From Amoebidium appalachense (lineage: Eukaryota > Protista > Ichthyosporea): a DNA stretch of 64,000 nucleotides. The translations under genes and the position numbers were made by a program. Location: the NCBI GenBank assembly GCA_963693365.1, contig CAVNZM010000001.1, positions 14,742,418 through 14,806,417 on the forward strand, read 5' to 3'. The notes beneath the pieces are model-generated. The model saw only the letters and a program-made list of their open reading frames with translations, was not told the origin of the DNA and did not search any database. Shown here one piece after another: positions 1-12,944 of the stretch (its first letter is position 1; each line of letters opens with the position of its first letter).

Positions 1-4
1 ATAG

Positions 5-352
5 ATGCCAACCCCCCATCGAAGGTGTGACCGAGCTGGAACGGCAACTCAACGAGACAGGTGCCATCCTCCTCCTCCTCCCCCCCCCCCTTGCCTTTGC
101 ATGTGTCCTTCGTGTATGCGTACTTCGTACCGTGTTCCACATTCAAACCCCCTCCCCCCACCCGCCACACATGCACACATGCACAGACTCTCTCTCACCA
201 TCTCCACGCACTTGCTCACACAGCATGGAGCAGGAAAGAGCAAATCAATCAAGGAACCACTGGAGAGTGAAAACCGAGAATATAGAGGGATTTTATGGAG
301 ACAATGTACAATTCACAACAGTAATGCCCCGCTGTCCCGACACTCACAACAA

Positions 353-383
<31 letters not shown>

Positions 384-585
384 ATAAAGATCACAAAATT
401 CCCAACTATCACGAGAAAGAACAAACATGCATCCCCTTACCCTAACACGTGTGCACACACAACCCTAACATAAGCTTTATTCACTGTTTGCACCCACAGG
501 AAACACCGCAGCGCTGTTCTGTCTGATGCACGCTAAGTTCCGTGAGGCTGCTGCACATGAAGCCCTTGTCCGGTTGCGTCTCTAA
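5..585 (+). CDS. 3' end (last two exons, 5-60 and 500-585) of an unidentified spliced gene
   Basis: ag|5-60|gt and cacag|500-585 join in phase to give ...CQPPIEGVTELERQLNET-GNTAALFCLMHAKFREAAAHEALVRLRL*. These are non-repetitive islands between low-complexity DNA. No family recognised. Confidence 0.55.
91..151 (+). repeat. Short dispersed intronic repeat, copy 1 (others at 59376-59435 and 63261-63335)
   Basis: Shared core tcgtgt(a/g)tgcgtacttcgtaccgtgttc..c(a/g)ttcaaacccc. Confidence 0.8.
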
Positions 586-635
586 TTACAATATTCTTAA
601 CTTTAGAGTTATAATCTCCCCTCCGTGGGGGTTTT

Positions 636-680
<45 letters not shown>

Positions 681-929
681 GTATGAGAATGCCGCACATT
701 TGGTCGAAATTTGAATGATCTGGCTTGCTGACAATAGTGTCCTATTTCAAGGTTGTATGTTTACAATATCTCAGTATTATGAATATCCCAAAATAGCAAA
801 ATAGTGGCCGTGCTGGAAAACGCAGTAAGCCCAAGACTTCCCAAGAAAAATTAGACCGTCTATACCAACCAAAAATAGGCTGAGATGTCCGTGGGATGCG
901 AAAGTTTGCGTTTTTTTTTTTTTTTTTTT

Positions 930-976
<47 letters not shown>

Positions 977-1671
977 GTTTTTGTTTTGTTGTTGTGTCTT
1001 AGCCTTTATCTAGGAGGTCTTGGTCTTAGCATTGATAGGGAGTGACGAGACACGTCCGGCCCACAATCTATAATTATGAATAACCTAGACCCAGCTATTG
1101 TGATCGAAGTTGCATTTAGCTCTTTTAGGGTTTAAGGGTGTAAGAGGCACGTGATTTGCTACAGATACCGTCCACCAAAAAAAATAAAAAAATAAATCGC
1201 TTTAGAATGAGTGTGCTGTGCATGTTTTATAATGTGTTAAATGGCATCCGAATATCCCCCCTCCCCCCCCCCCCCAACCACCACCACCACCACGACCCCC
1301 ACCGCCACACGCACACACACACATATAAACTCAGTGAATGCCACCGGGCCGGACCGGGAACCTCGCTGCATGCACGTGCACAAGCACATGCACCCCAGTA
1401 TTCTTCCACATTACTAACCTACAGTGGCCCTCGTGTTCTGTTGCTGTATTGGAATTCTGCAAGTGTGCAGTTCGGATATATACGGGACCCACAAAAACGG
1501 CCGCGGGATGCAAAATATATTGCAACTGATATGTGCATGCATGCACGTGTACGTGTGTATTTGTGTACATATATGATACGTGGTGGCACGAGGAGGATAG
1601 GTGGACAATTAACATTTGTCTCAGGAGGGTTAGAGCAGATATAATTGAAATAATTTTCTTTATTTATCGGC

Positions 1672-1715
<44 letters not shown>

Positions 1716-2235
1716 TATATCCGTGTAGATAAATTAGATTTAGATGGAGGAGAGAGGGGGGGGCTCTAGGGGCCGGGGGGGATATGCAGGACAGCATGAT
1801 GCAGTTTCCAGCACACCAGAAAGAATGGACAACAAAAAAATGGCACCTGCAGTTGCCCGCCAAGGAGGGGGGCACACAGCTTTATAAGAGGCCTGAATTT
1901 GGGCCAATTATCTTGCGACATCAGTTTCATATTAATGCGTGTGCACATTTTTCTTTAAATCGTATAAAAGTGTATTTGATCATAGGGGCGGGGCAGACCC
2001 ACAAAATCTACAACGGCAAATAATGAGGCCGTATGTGGCACAGAAAGTTTCATGTACATTATATTTTCAGACATTCCAAGGGATTAAAGATGCAAAACGT
2101 TACGGTCAAGAACGGATGACGTGTAGGCACATCTATATGAATGATAACACATCATTGTTACACGACTACATTATTCTTCACGGCAGATTGAAAATAGGCA
2201 CGGAGGAAAAGGAACCAAAGACAAGCACACAAACG

Positions 2236-2296
<61 letters not shown>

Positions 2297-2840
2297 TTTC
2301 GTTATAATGGACGTATACACAAACCAACGCACATTCGTTACAGCCATTATATTGCATAACTGCATACATACGAAAGCCCCTTTTACCCAGAGAACGCACA
2401 TGCACATCCTGCCACCCACACAATTCACATCTTCGTTAGTGTCCCATTACAACCTGCACATCCCACACTACTCTTCCGGCAACCAATATCCCTCTGGGTC
2501 ATCGCTCTCTCTCTCCCTAGGCCCCATCTAAACACACACACATACACACACACACACACACACACCACCCTCCTTCCTTCTCTCTCACCACCTCTCGTCC
2601 CCACACCTGAAACACACACACACACAACCCCCTCCCCCCCCCGGTTCTCCCTAACCCACCAACACCCTCCCCCCTCCCCCCTAACCCCTCCTAATGCCCC
2701 CCCCACCCCCAGGAAAAAAAGGAAACACACACACACACCTCCAAGCACACGCTCACAAGACAGCACATTCACCCATCCCCAGTAATACCCTCATCCGGCC
2801 CCCTCAGGCCAATCCCCACCCCGATTACTTTTCCTCACGA

Positions 2841-3652
2841 TCAACGCTCATCATCCAACGGGTAGAAAGGCTTCGAGTCAGGAGAATTCGGCTTGATTCC
2901 AGCCATGAACGCAGGGGGGGTCTTAACGATAGTCACAGGAACCATAGTGTGTTGCATAACATAGTCCCCCACGCTCCCCAGAACCAATTTCGCCAACGTC
3001 CCCCTGTTGCGGCTTCCAACGATAAGCTGGTCCGGCTTGAACCCGTTGCAGAATTCGCACACGGCCTCCCCGGGGTCTCCTTTAAGCAAGATGGCTTTGA
3101 CTTTTGCGCCCTTAAGGTCCGTGTTACCGCAGTAGTTTTCAGCCAGTTTCTTGCACAGGGGGGAGTCTTGCGAGAGAGGGCCGCTCGGGTGGAACACTGG
3201 ATATATGTGTTTGTGTGGGTGTTTTTTTTTTTGTTGGGGGGGGGGGAGAGGGAGGGGAGGGTGGGGGGGGGGGGGGGGGGGGGGGGGGAGGGGGGGGGGC
3301 GGGGGGGACGGTGGGTGGGTGGGTGGGCGTGAGTGAATGTGAGTGTGAGGTTATGTGCTCGGGTAAGTGGGTGGGTGGGTGTGGATGAGCATGCATGGGA
3401 GTGGGTGTGTGTGAATGCATTATATGCATGTGTTTGTTGAGTGGAGGGGAGAGCGCCGGGGGGGGGGGGAAGGGGGGGGGGGGGGGGGGGGGGGAGGGGG
3501 GAGGGGGGAGGGGGGGAGGGGGGGGGGGGGGGAGGGGGGGGGAGAGACAGGAAGATTTACGTGTGGGTGGAGGGCTTGGACTGTGTGGGTGGGGAGATGA
3601 GAAATCGGGGGCGGCAAGGTAGATGCACCCCAATTTGTGCTATTCAAGGGGG

Positions 3653-3691
<39 letters not shown>

Positions 3692-3701
3692 TGGTGGTGG
3701 T

Positions 3702-3737
<36 letters not shown>

Positions 3738-4085
3738 ATATTGGTAGGGAAGGAAGAAGAAGGAGGGTGGGGTGCGAGGTGGACGGTTTGAAAATGGTTT
3801 GTGTGTGTTTAACCGAGTAGAGAAACGAGGGAAGGAGGAGGCCGACAGATGGGAGGGAAGAAGGCGGTGATGGTGGTGGTGTGCGTGTGTGTGTGTGTGT
3901 GCAGGGGGGGGGGGGGGAGCTTCAATAATGCCCATTATCATGTGGTACGGCGGAGGGAGGGGCCCCGGGGGGGGGGGGGGGAGGGGGGGGGGAGGCATGA
4001 GAGACTATCAAAAACCACTGAAATACTCATTCAGGGAGGGCAAGTTGATGGGAGGAAAGAGAAGGACCGGGGGGAGAGGGTTGCG

Positions 4086-4132
<47 letters not shown>

Positions 4133-4999
4133 GTCAAAACATACCATTCCTGAAATCGACACCCTCCTCGCACACGTGAACAAGAATCAGCTCGTCATCC
4201 TTCTGCAGCAGAGTGCGCACAGTCCACTGTGGGAAGAATTTGGGTAGCGGTGAGGAGCATCAACCAATGAAGCTTTATGACAAATGTCGGTATTCAGCCG
4301 CGTGGTAGAATCGGGGGGCCTTTTTCTCAGCCAATCAAACAAAGAAAAGCAAAGTTAATCATCACTCCAGCAATTAGAGTGTGACGTCATAAGTTGCAAG
4401 ACATTTGAATACTGTCACCAAAAGGTCCTAATGACGAAACAACTATATAAGATATTTAATGCCTATGTCAGTATTTGCGTGTTTGACATGAATATGCATA
4501 TGTGGCTCGTGCAAGCCGTGATTGATCCAGCCATTATGATTTGATGTGATTAAGATTGTGCGCTTCAAATTTTTTTTTTGGTTTTCAGTTCTTGTCTAGG
4601 GTACTGCCCAGAAACGGACTGTGTGGGAACGAAGACGAGTGTGAATGTTGTAATGGGGAGAGAGGGGGGGAATTTAGCTAGAGCATACCGCATAAATCAC
4701 AAAAATGGACATTCAGTTGACATACAAACACACACAAACGTCACTGGGCAAACACACAAAACCTAAAAAAGTGAGGCAGACATCCGAAGGCAAGGAGGAG
4801 GGGAGGGGGGGGGGGGGGGGGGGGGGGGGGTGGGTGGGGTGGGTTGGGGAGGGGGGGAGGTGGGAAGGGAAATAAATATTCGGGCAGTTCTAGGAGGAAG
4901 TCAAATAATTTGGGCCTTAAAATCAGCGGGGTGGAAATAAGGAAGGGGGACATCAGAAAATGGCGGCCTAGAGGGTAGAGTGGTGGTGGTGGTGGTGGT

Positions 5000-5033
<34 letters not shown>

Positions 5034-5167
5034 AAAGGGTTTTTGGCTTGTACATTTAGAGCCTACTCAAGTGCCATCCATCATGCAAGGGAACAGAGTG
5101 AGCAGAAAAGTCCGGGGCAAGCCCGGTGGGTGTGGGGAAGATGGGGCCCCCGATGGGCGGTTTTTTT

Positions 5168-5208
<41 letters not shown>

Positions 5209-6010
5209 AATGCAACGTGATGCCACTGCAACACACGCACCGTGGTATACACCTGCCTGGCTATTTCTTATCCATTCCTATCTAAACCACGTACAACCAC
5301 TTGCTCCATCCAACAGGCAAACATGCATAAAAGAGTATTTCTTTTCAGCTCCACGCAAACGAATGGATTACATGACACACACACAACGTGTGCCTACATG
5401 TACTTACACGTGTACACACAGAAGCACGTTTATGCAATGAACATCCAAGCAGCTCATCCAAGGCAAACTCACCTGCAATCGGGCCTACATGAACGTGCAA
5501 TCGCAAGTTGCACATGCAAAAATTCTCACCCCCAACTACAAGCAGACTCTTGATGTATCATATGTTGAATGCAAGCCACACGAGATATAAAACCGTCAAA
5601 ACAGCAGACAGGTGAGATTGGAGACACAAGCATGCACGCACACAAGGATGCACACACGCACACACCTACACACACACGCGCGGAGTCACACACACACACA
5701 CACACACACAAGATCCCCAACCCAACACACGCACGCCCACACGCACACAAAAGCATTTTTCAGCAGCAAGTAGGCACCAAGCTTGAGAGAGAAACTTAAG
5801 AGGGGAAACTGAAGATTGTAGCTGGAGTGAACAGGTGGTGATTACAGTGGTGGTGGTTGGGGAGCAGGGGGGGCTGGGGGGGAGGGTAAGGACCTGGAAG
5901 GCGTAGCGGCTGTATGGTGAATTGTCGACAGCGAGCACAAAGCGCCGTGCCCCGGTAGGAAAGAAGTCTCCATCACGGCTGGACGCGTCGCTCGGGCTGT
6001 CCTCCGCCAT
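2841..6010 (-). CDS. Universal stress protein (UspA domain), 3 exons: 5894-6010, 4145-4226, 2841-3196
   Basis: Phase-consistent GT-AG joins give MAEDSP..RRFVLAVDNSPYSRYAFQ|WTVRTLLQKDDELILVHV..|..KGDPGEAVCEFCNGFKPDQLIVGSRNRGTLAKLVLGSVGDYVMQHTMVPVTIVK. Typical USP motifs: xAVDxSxxS, LVHV, GDP, IVGSR-x9-GSV, PVxIV. Confidence 0.93.
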
Positions 6011-6969
6011 TTTCCTCCCTAGTTGAAAACTAGATGTGGTCGGGAAAGGAAAGATCTGATCAAAGGGCCAACAAAGAATAGAAACTACACCAAAATGCCT
6101 CGGTTCCAAATGCTAACCAGCTAAAGAGATGGAACGTCAACAGTAAAAATTGCTCGGTTTCTAACTTCAGCAAAGGGCATGTACACGCCTTTTATGGCGT
6201 CGAATGCGAGTCGTGAACTGAAACTGCGCTCACCAACACGTGAAAAAAACGCCGATGGGAAAAACGAAGAGAAGGAAAAAGCAGGGTGCTACCAGGGTGA
6301 CACATTTCTTACACCTAGTTGGGTTGTGTTGTGGTTTAACCCCTGGTGTTCGTTTGCCCAAACCAGAGCTCAGAAACAGGGATGGTTGTGCTCCGGTGTG
6401 ACCTAAAAACAAAAAAAATGAATTCTGCTATAATTTTCATTGCGCGCCAACAGAAAAGAAAAAGAGAACGTTTTCCTAACGAGCTTCCCACCCACTGAAG
6501 TTCGAAGCACAAGCACCGTGAGTGGCTCACTGAAGAAATTTACAGCCCTGCAGAAAGAGGTGCACCAATCATTGCTCAAGCTCTTATCGCCCGCGATCTA
6601 TCGCGGAGCACAGCTGGATATGTAACTGGAGAGCTCGAGAGGCAGCTGGAATCCTGAACTTGATCTCCCGCCTTGTGTCTGAGAGGCTCCTTGTGGACAG
6701 TCCAGGCCAAGCTCGAGCTCGAGTGAGTGGTTATGCAGTTGTAGGCTCTCCTTCGGCCGCGGAGTCCCCAAGATTTCTTTCCCTCGTTCTTCCTCCTGCC
6801 CCATTTCTTCCTCGTTCCCAATCTCCCATTCTTTCCCCCTGCTCTCCTTATCTCTCCCCCTCTCCCTCTCTTCCGTTAGTTCCTCTTTCCCATCCCCGAA
6901 AACCAAAACTCACGAACACGCACACAGACGCACACATGCTTGCGCACCACACACACGCGCGCAACCTCA

Positions 6970-7492
<523 letters not shown>

Positions 7493-8301
7493 CGCAGGCT
7501 CTGTGCGCGCGCGCGAGTGTGCGCACGCTCATACACACTCTCTCCCTCGGGATATTCCTTTCTCACACTCTCGGTATTTTTGTTTATTGCTTAATGTGTC
7601 CGAGGCACCATCTTCAGTCCCTTTACCGAAAACAACCGAGGCTCGGTGAAGCCATGACTATGAAGAAACTTTCTCGCTCACGTTACCCCGGTGAGGGAGA
7701 CGGTGTCCCTGGAAGTACCAGTGCTCAAATATTCAACCAATCAGCAGTGACAATGTTAAGCTAAATTAGGAGCTGTTTCAGAGGGATGTAAATATTTTGA
7801 CATGTCATCAGCTGGGGACCCGTGGGGCCGTTGGCCTCAGGCCAACTTCGCTGGGTTTGACTGGTTTGAATTAGAGTTTTGAGTCAATCAAGTTTGAAAA
7901 AAATGTTGTTTATTGAACGCCATTTTGATGTGCCCTTTATTCATCATTCCCAACGTCGCAAAGGAATGACTTGGACGTTCCTGAAGCTTCTACGACCTTC
8001 TTCCACCGAAATTCTCAAAGGTCGGCGATACGTTTTAGTTTTAAAACATCCGTATATCTGCTTTAAACCTCAAATCTATATTGTAAAACGTTTTTTAAAC
8101 TGCAACAAAGCGTAATATCATGCTTCCTACTATCTGCTTCTCTATTCCGGTGAGCCACCCCCTCTCCTACATAAAAACCGCGACTTCGCAGTTTTTTTGA
8201 CACCACAGCGTTTTACAAAGAAGGTATCTTTGGCGAGAACCTGCTTTTTAATCTCACCAAAATCATCCTTAGCGTCATTTTTTCCGTGAGAGCCTGTAAC
8301 G

Positions 8302-9555
8302 ATGAAGCCCGAGGAACACAGCAAGTCACACAAGGATGACCGCCACAGCCATACCGGAGTGAGTGGCGAGCCTAAAAAAGGTGAGCTCCCACTTCCCTTC
8401 CTTGCCCATCCCCCACCCTTTGCCCCAGGGATTTCGGTTTCTCTTTTTTCCCCTTCCTTCTCCCTACACAGTTTCCTTCCTCCCCTCCCTCTTCCCCCAC
8501 AGCCCCCCTTCTTCCTTTACTTTCTCTTTTAATGGCCCCCTGCTACCTATACAACCCCCCCCCCCCCCCCCCCCCCCCCGCCCCAGCCCCTTCACTTTCC
8601 TTTCTAATGACACCCCCCGGCCTCCTTCCCAAGGACCGCTCCCCAGGACGACGTCCTTCTAACCGATACTATGCTGTTTGTTTTCTGTCCTCAACATTTT
8701 ATTATTGCAACTGTGTGCTGAATGGCAGCTGTTCTGTTCAATATGTTAGTGTTACGGTGCTCTTCGGTTACTTCCTTCTTTGTGCCCCCCCACCTCCCCC
8801 CCTCCCCCCCCCCCCCTTCCCCCCCAACCCCACGGCCCTTAGGGCCCCGTTCTCCGCACGTGCTCCCCATACCTCTGTTCTTGTCTCAGCCTCATTATCA
8901 CCTCCACGGTTAGCAAATATTCCCTGCTTTCTCATCTCCGGCACTGCACAGAATGGGGGCACACTTCACTTCCCCCAACCCCCCCCCCCTCCCCTTCTCC
9001 CGGCCCCACCCCATCCCTCCACCTCATCCCTCCCCCCATTCCCTTCCCTTGTACTGCCTTCATGGGAATTGTTCATTTCCCCCCTTTCCTTTCCTTGTCC
9101 CACTGAACTTGTATACCAGTCGGCCGTTTAGTCTGCAGCCTCCCCCCCCCCCCCCCCCCCCCCCCCCCCGCCCTCCATCTGTCCTCACCTTCAGTCTCCC
9201 TATCCCCACCCTCCCCCTCTCTGCCCCTAACCCCCACCGGTCTTTTTCCTTTGCACTCTCTAGTTATTTGTGTTTTCCTTTTGTTCCTTTCCCTTCGACC
9301 ACCCTTCAGATCACCTTCACAAACCTCTTTCTCTCACTTGCACTCTCTCTCGCCCGCTCCCTCCCTCCCCCCTCTTTCCCCCCCCCCCCCCCCCCCCCCC
9401 CCCCCTCTCTCCCTGGTTTCCCGGTTTTGAACGAATAACTGACACTCCTCTCAGGCGGTGCAGGTGGCCATTACACGTGGGGTGCACCTGGTTCTGAGGT
9501 CGACGCCCCCACCGGCGTGGACGATCCCAAGGACCCCAACTACGAGGAGAAATAG
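8302..9555 (+). CDS. 59-aa microprotein with PDCD4-N/SERBP1/Stm1/Stf2-like ribosome-binding motif, 2 exons: 8302-8380, 9455-9555
   Basis: Donor AAG|gtgagc, branch-like ctgac and ctctcag acceptor, phase 1/1. Product MKPEEHSKSHKDDRHSHTGVSGEPKKGGAGGHYTWGAPGSEVDAPTGVDDPKDPNYEEK*. Matches the PDCD4 pattern DRRSRSG..G.PKKGGAGGKGVWG.PG..(D)..DPNY across the splice junction. Confidence 0.85.
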
Positions 9556-9938
9556 ACCCCAGCCATGTGAATGTTTGCACCCCAGCCAATATGCTGAATT
9601 GTGGAGGTGGAATGCCCGGATCCTTATTTGATATGCCCAAAGGAGAATGTGGTTTATCAGGAAGCTGGGGGGCGTAATTTAGTGGGCTAGGGCATAGGAT
9701 GACAACCAAAAGAGATGGTTGAAAAGCGGGACGAAAATCAAAATGAAAGCGAAATCAAAATGAAAGCGAACTAGTTGAAAGAAAATTTTGGCTGTACGCT
9801 CAAATATGTGAAAAATGGCTGTTAAAAAAATGTTTGTAAAGCATTTTTGAAATCATATATGACCCCTTTTGGTGGTTGTAGCATTTTAATAATATTGGTG
9901 AATGTGAATGTAAGCAACGGTACCGGTTCCACGATGCC

Positions 9939-10010
<72 letters not shown>

Positions 10011-11058
10011 AGCTGCTGTGTTCCTTCTCTCCTCCCCCCCCCTCCCTTTCCGTCCCCTCCCCCCCCCCTCCCCCCATCCCTACCCCTCCACAAAAAAAAA
10101 GAGAAAGGAAAAAACAAAACAAGGCACACACTCATGCGCGTTCACACGCAGGCACTTCTTGGTGTTAAAAGTAGTTACTCCCCCTTTAGACTTGTCATGT
10201 CTGTGTCTTGGTTTGGGTTTTGAGGTTCAGGTGAATGGATAGATACTGGGATTCAGTTGCCCCTCTCTCTCTCTCTCTCTGCGCGCCGGGGGGAGGGGGG
10301 GGGGGGGGAGATAAGTTGGTGTATGCTGCTTATTCCTCCTTTTTTTTACTCCGTTTGATGCTTGCCAAGATACCATCAGTCTCTGTATATCTTTGTTCAT
10401 CCCAGTGGTGTAGTCAACCCCCCCTCCCCCCCCCCCCCCCCCCCCCCCCCCCCACCCGGTGCCGTTGCGCCGTCGCTGCCGCGCACGCACACACACACAC
10501 ACACACACACAAACTCACTCAATCGGGGGTTTGCGCTGTTTATCGAGACACAGAGCACAAACGTGCCACCACCAACCACCACCACCACGGTTCATCATGG
10601 ATAATTTCCCTGGCCCCACCCACTCCCCTCCCCTTTCCCCTTCTTCACGGCCACTCGATGTTTCTCATGCAACTCAACCCGCTTGCGCACCGAGCTTCCC
10701 AACAGGCAAATACCCTTCCACCTCCGCTCCATATTCCCCCTTTCGTGCTGTGCTTGCATCTGATAACCAGCCCACGTGTAGTGAGCACATCTTGCAGCCA
10801 TAGTGTGTCGAATTGAAGTATCTCACACGTTGGGGCCCGTACGGTAGTACCTCAAAGCAATACTCTGACAAGCTTGACCTAAGCCGTGTGTGGCCATGGC
10901 CGGAACGAATTTGGTATGAATTCCGTCCCACAATCATACAGCTCAAAATCATTGGCTGCATCATTGTTGAAGGTGAGCAGAAACAGTTGGGCAGCCAACC
11001 TACGGCCGATTATGGGCATCATGCCAGATGCACTGCAATCTTTCGTAATATTTATATG

Positions 11059-12514
11059 AAGACCGGGAGTGCAGGTCAGACACAGCACCCGTGTTGTCGC
11101 ATAAAATACGGACATGGTGGGTGGACCAGGAGGGGGCCCAGAGGGCCACGGCGGCTGCGATGGCCAGGAGTTCGATGACGGAAGAACCGAGTTTACCCTC
11201 ATGAGCATAGAGGGCTTGGGTGGAGGGGGACCAGGGCATGAAGAACCATTGGTCGAGCCAGTGGCCTCCTAGACCCACCGATCCGGCAGCATCGGTGGCC
11301 AGGGTGGTGTATGTGGGGGGTGTGATGAGGTGCACCCCATTCCATGATGTGAGGAACTGGTGCCATTCGGCTATGTCGGCCCGGGCGGCAGCAGTCAGTC
11401 GTATGTGGTGGTGGCCGGCAAGGTGTGGGTGGGTCCGGAGAGGGGCCCATAGGCGCTGGGAGAAGGCCCTCCCGGGGGGAACCAGCTGGGCACACCAGGT
11501 GAGTTTGCCGAGGAGGGACTGGAGGTCCCGAATGGTGATGGTGGGCTTTGGGTGGGAAGTGAGGTCGAGTAGGTCCGAGAGCTTGGAAGCCGGGATTCGT
11601 GCCTCCATGGCGATGGAGTCGAATTCGATACCGATGAAGATGACACGGGTAGCCGGGCCCTGCATCTTGTCTTCGGAGATGGCAATGTGCAGCTCTCGGC
11701 AGAGTTGCAGGAAGGTGGATAGGTGACGTTGGCACTGCTCTTGTGTGGGGGCGACTATAATCCAGTCGTCTACGTAGTGGCGGATGAGGGTAATACCGTG
11801 CTGGTGTGCCAGCCACTGTAGGGTGGCCGCGATCCGTTCCCAGATGGCTGGGCTAGATTTCAGGAAGAAGGGCAGTCTGGTTTCAACGTAAAAATGCCCC
11901 TGCCATTTGAATGCCATTAAGTGATGGTCTTCTGGTCGCATGGGCATGTGCCGGAAGGCAGCCTGCACATCTGCCACGGCCATGTAGCAGCCGGGGCCTG
12001 CGTCGAGAATGAGCTGGGTGACATCCCGGGCGCGAATGTACTGAAGTTCGTCGGGGTAGGTGATGCTGTCATTGACACTGCTACCCCGGGGCCAGGAGAG
12101 GTGGTGGATTCGACGGTACTTGGGGGGGTTCCCTTTCTTGGTAACGGCGCCGATGGGGGAGGAACGGTGGACCGGAAATTCGTCAAAGAATTGGGCCGGG
12201 GAGAGGGGGCCGCGCAGGTGGCCGAGGGCGACTTCTTTGGCAATATCCGCCGTGATAGCGGCAGCTGCCTCCGGGGTGGTGGGTAGGTTGGGGCCCACCC
12301 GAGAGGTGGAGGGGCCGCGATAGCCGATGTCGACACCGAATTCGACATCGTGGAGGAGTTGTGCGGCGAATAATTGGTCTGGGTAGGAGGCCAGCAGTTC
12401 CCGGAGGCGGGAGGTGTCAATGTGGTGCTGGGGCAGCGGGCGGGCCTCCGGGTCTGAGCCTCGGGGGAAGGGGGTGGTTAGCAAGGGTGGGGCACCCTCG
12501 GTGAGATCCCGGCA

Positions 12515-12556
<42 letters not shown>

Positions 12557-12700
12557 CAGGGCCCCCGGGGGGTTAGAGTAGGGCAGCTGGGCCCGAGTGA
12601 GGGTTGGCAGGGAGAGCAGCGGGGCCCTGTGCAGGGGAATGTGCCCGAGCACGCGGGGGTGTGGGCGGACACAGAGGTAGAAGAAGGGGGGGAGGGAGTG
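11059..12700 (-). pseudogene. DIRS-type reverse transcriptase / RNase H ORF2, truncated
   Basis: RT motifs KYRRIHHLSWP, DVQAAFRH, LPFFLKSSP (G of the usual LPFG replaced) and YVDD. RNase H motifs ATDAAG, IELLAIAAAV and ILCDN. The ORF breaks at 11059; the last ~20 codons of the track ORF come from the duplicated host sequence. Confidence 0.85.
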
Positions 12701-12944
12701 CTAGGTGAGTGTAAGGGGGGGAGGCTCGTGGGATGGGGGGGGGGAGTAAAATTATGTGCAGTGGCCAGAATAAACGTCTTTGTGTAGGGACATTTATTCT
12801 TGACGCGCGCGGGCGCCGTAGTTGGCCTGCGAAATTTTGTACTCAGCCCTATTGGCCCGTTCTCCCGAGCTCCGTTTCCCTGTACTCGTGTGTCCTAGCT
12901 CCTAACCCCTATGTTCTAGCTGTGTGTGTGGGTGTGCGCGTAGA

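Noticed and set aside
3560-3639. Possible extra USP exon (ag...gtaaat)
   Set aside because: Its end phase is incompatible, and exons 2 and 3 already join in phase.
4260-4452. CCAAT, TGACGTCA and TATA-like cluster in USP intron 1
   Set aside because: Short motifs with no associated in-frame start or gene; cannot be supported without TSS data.
6420-6790. Non-repetitive island with short ORFs upstream of USP
   Set aside because: No recognisable protein motif or consistent exon chain.
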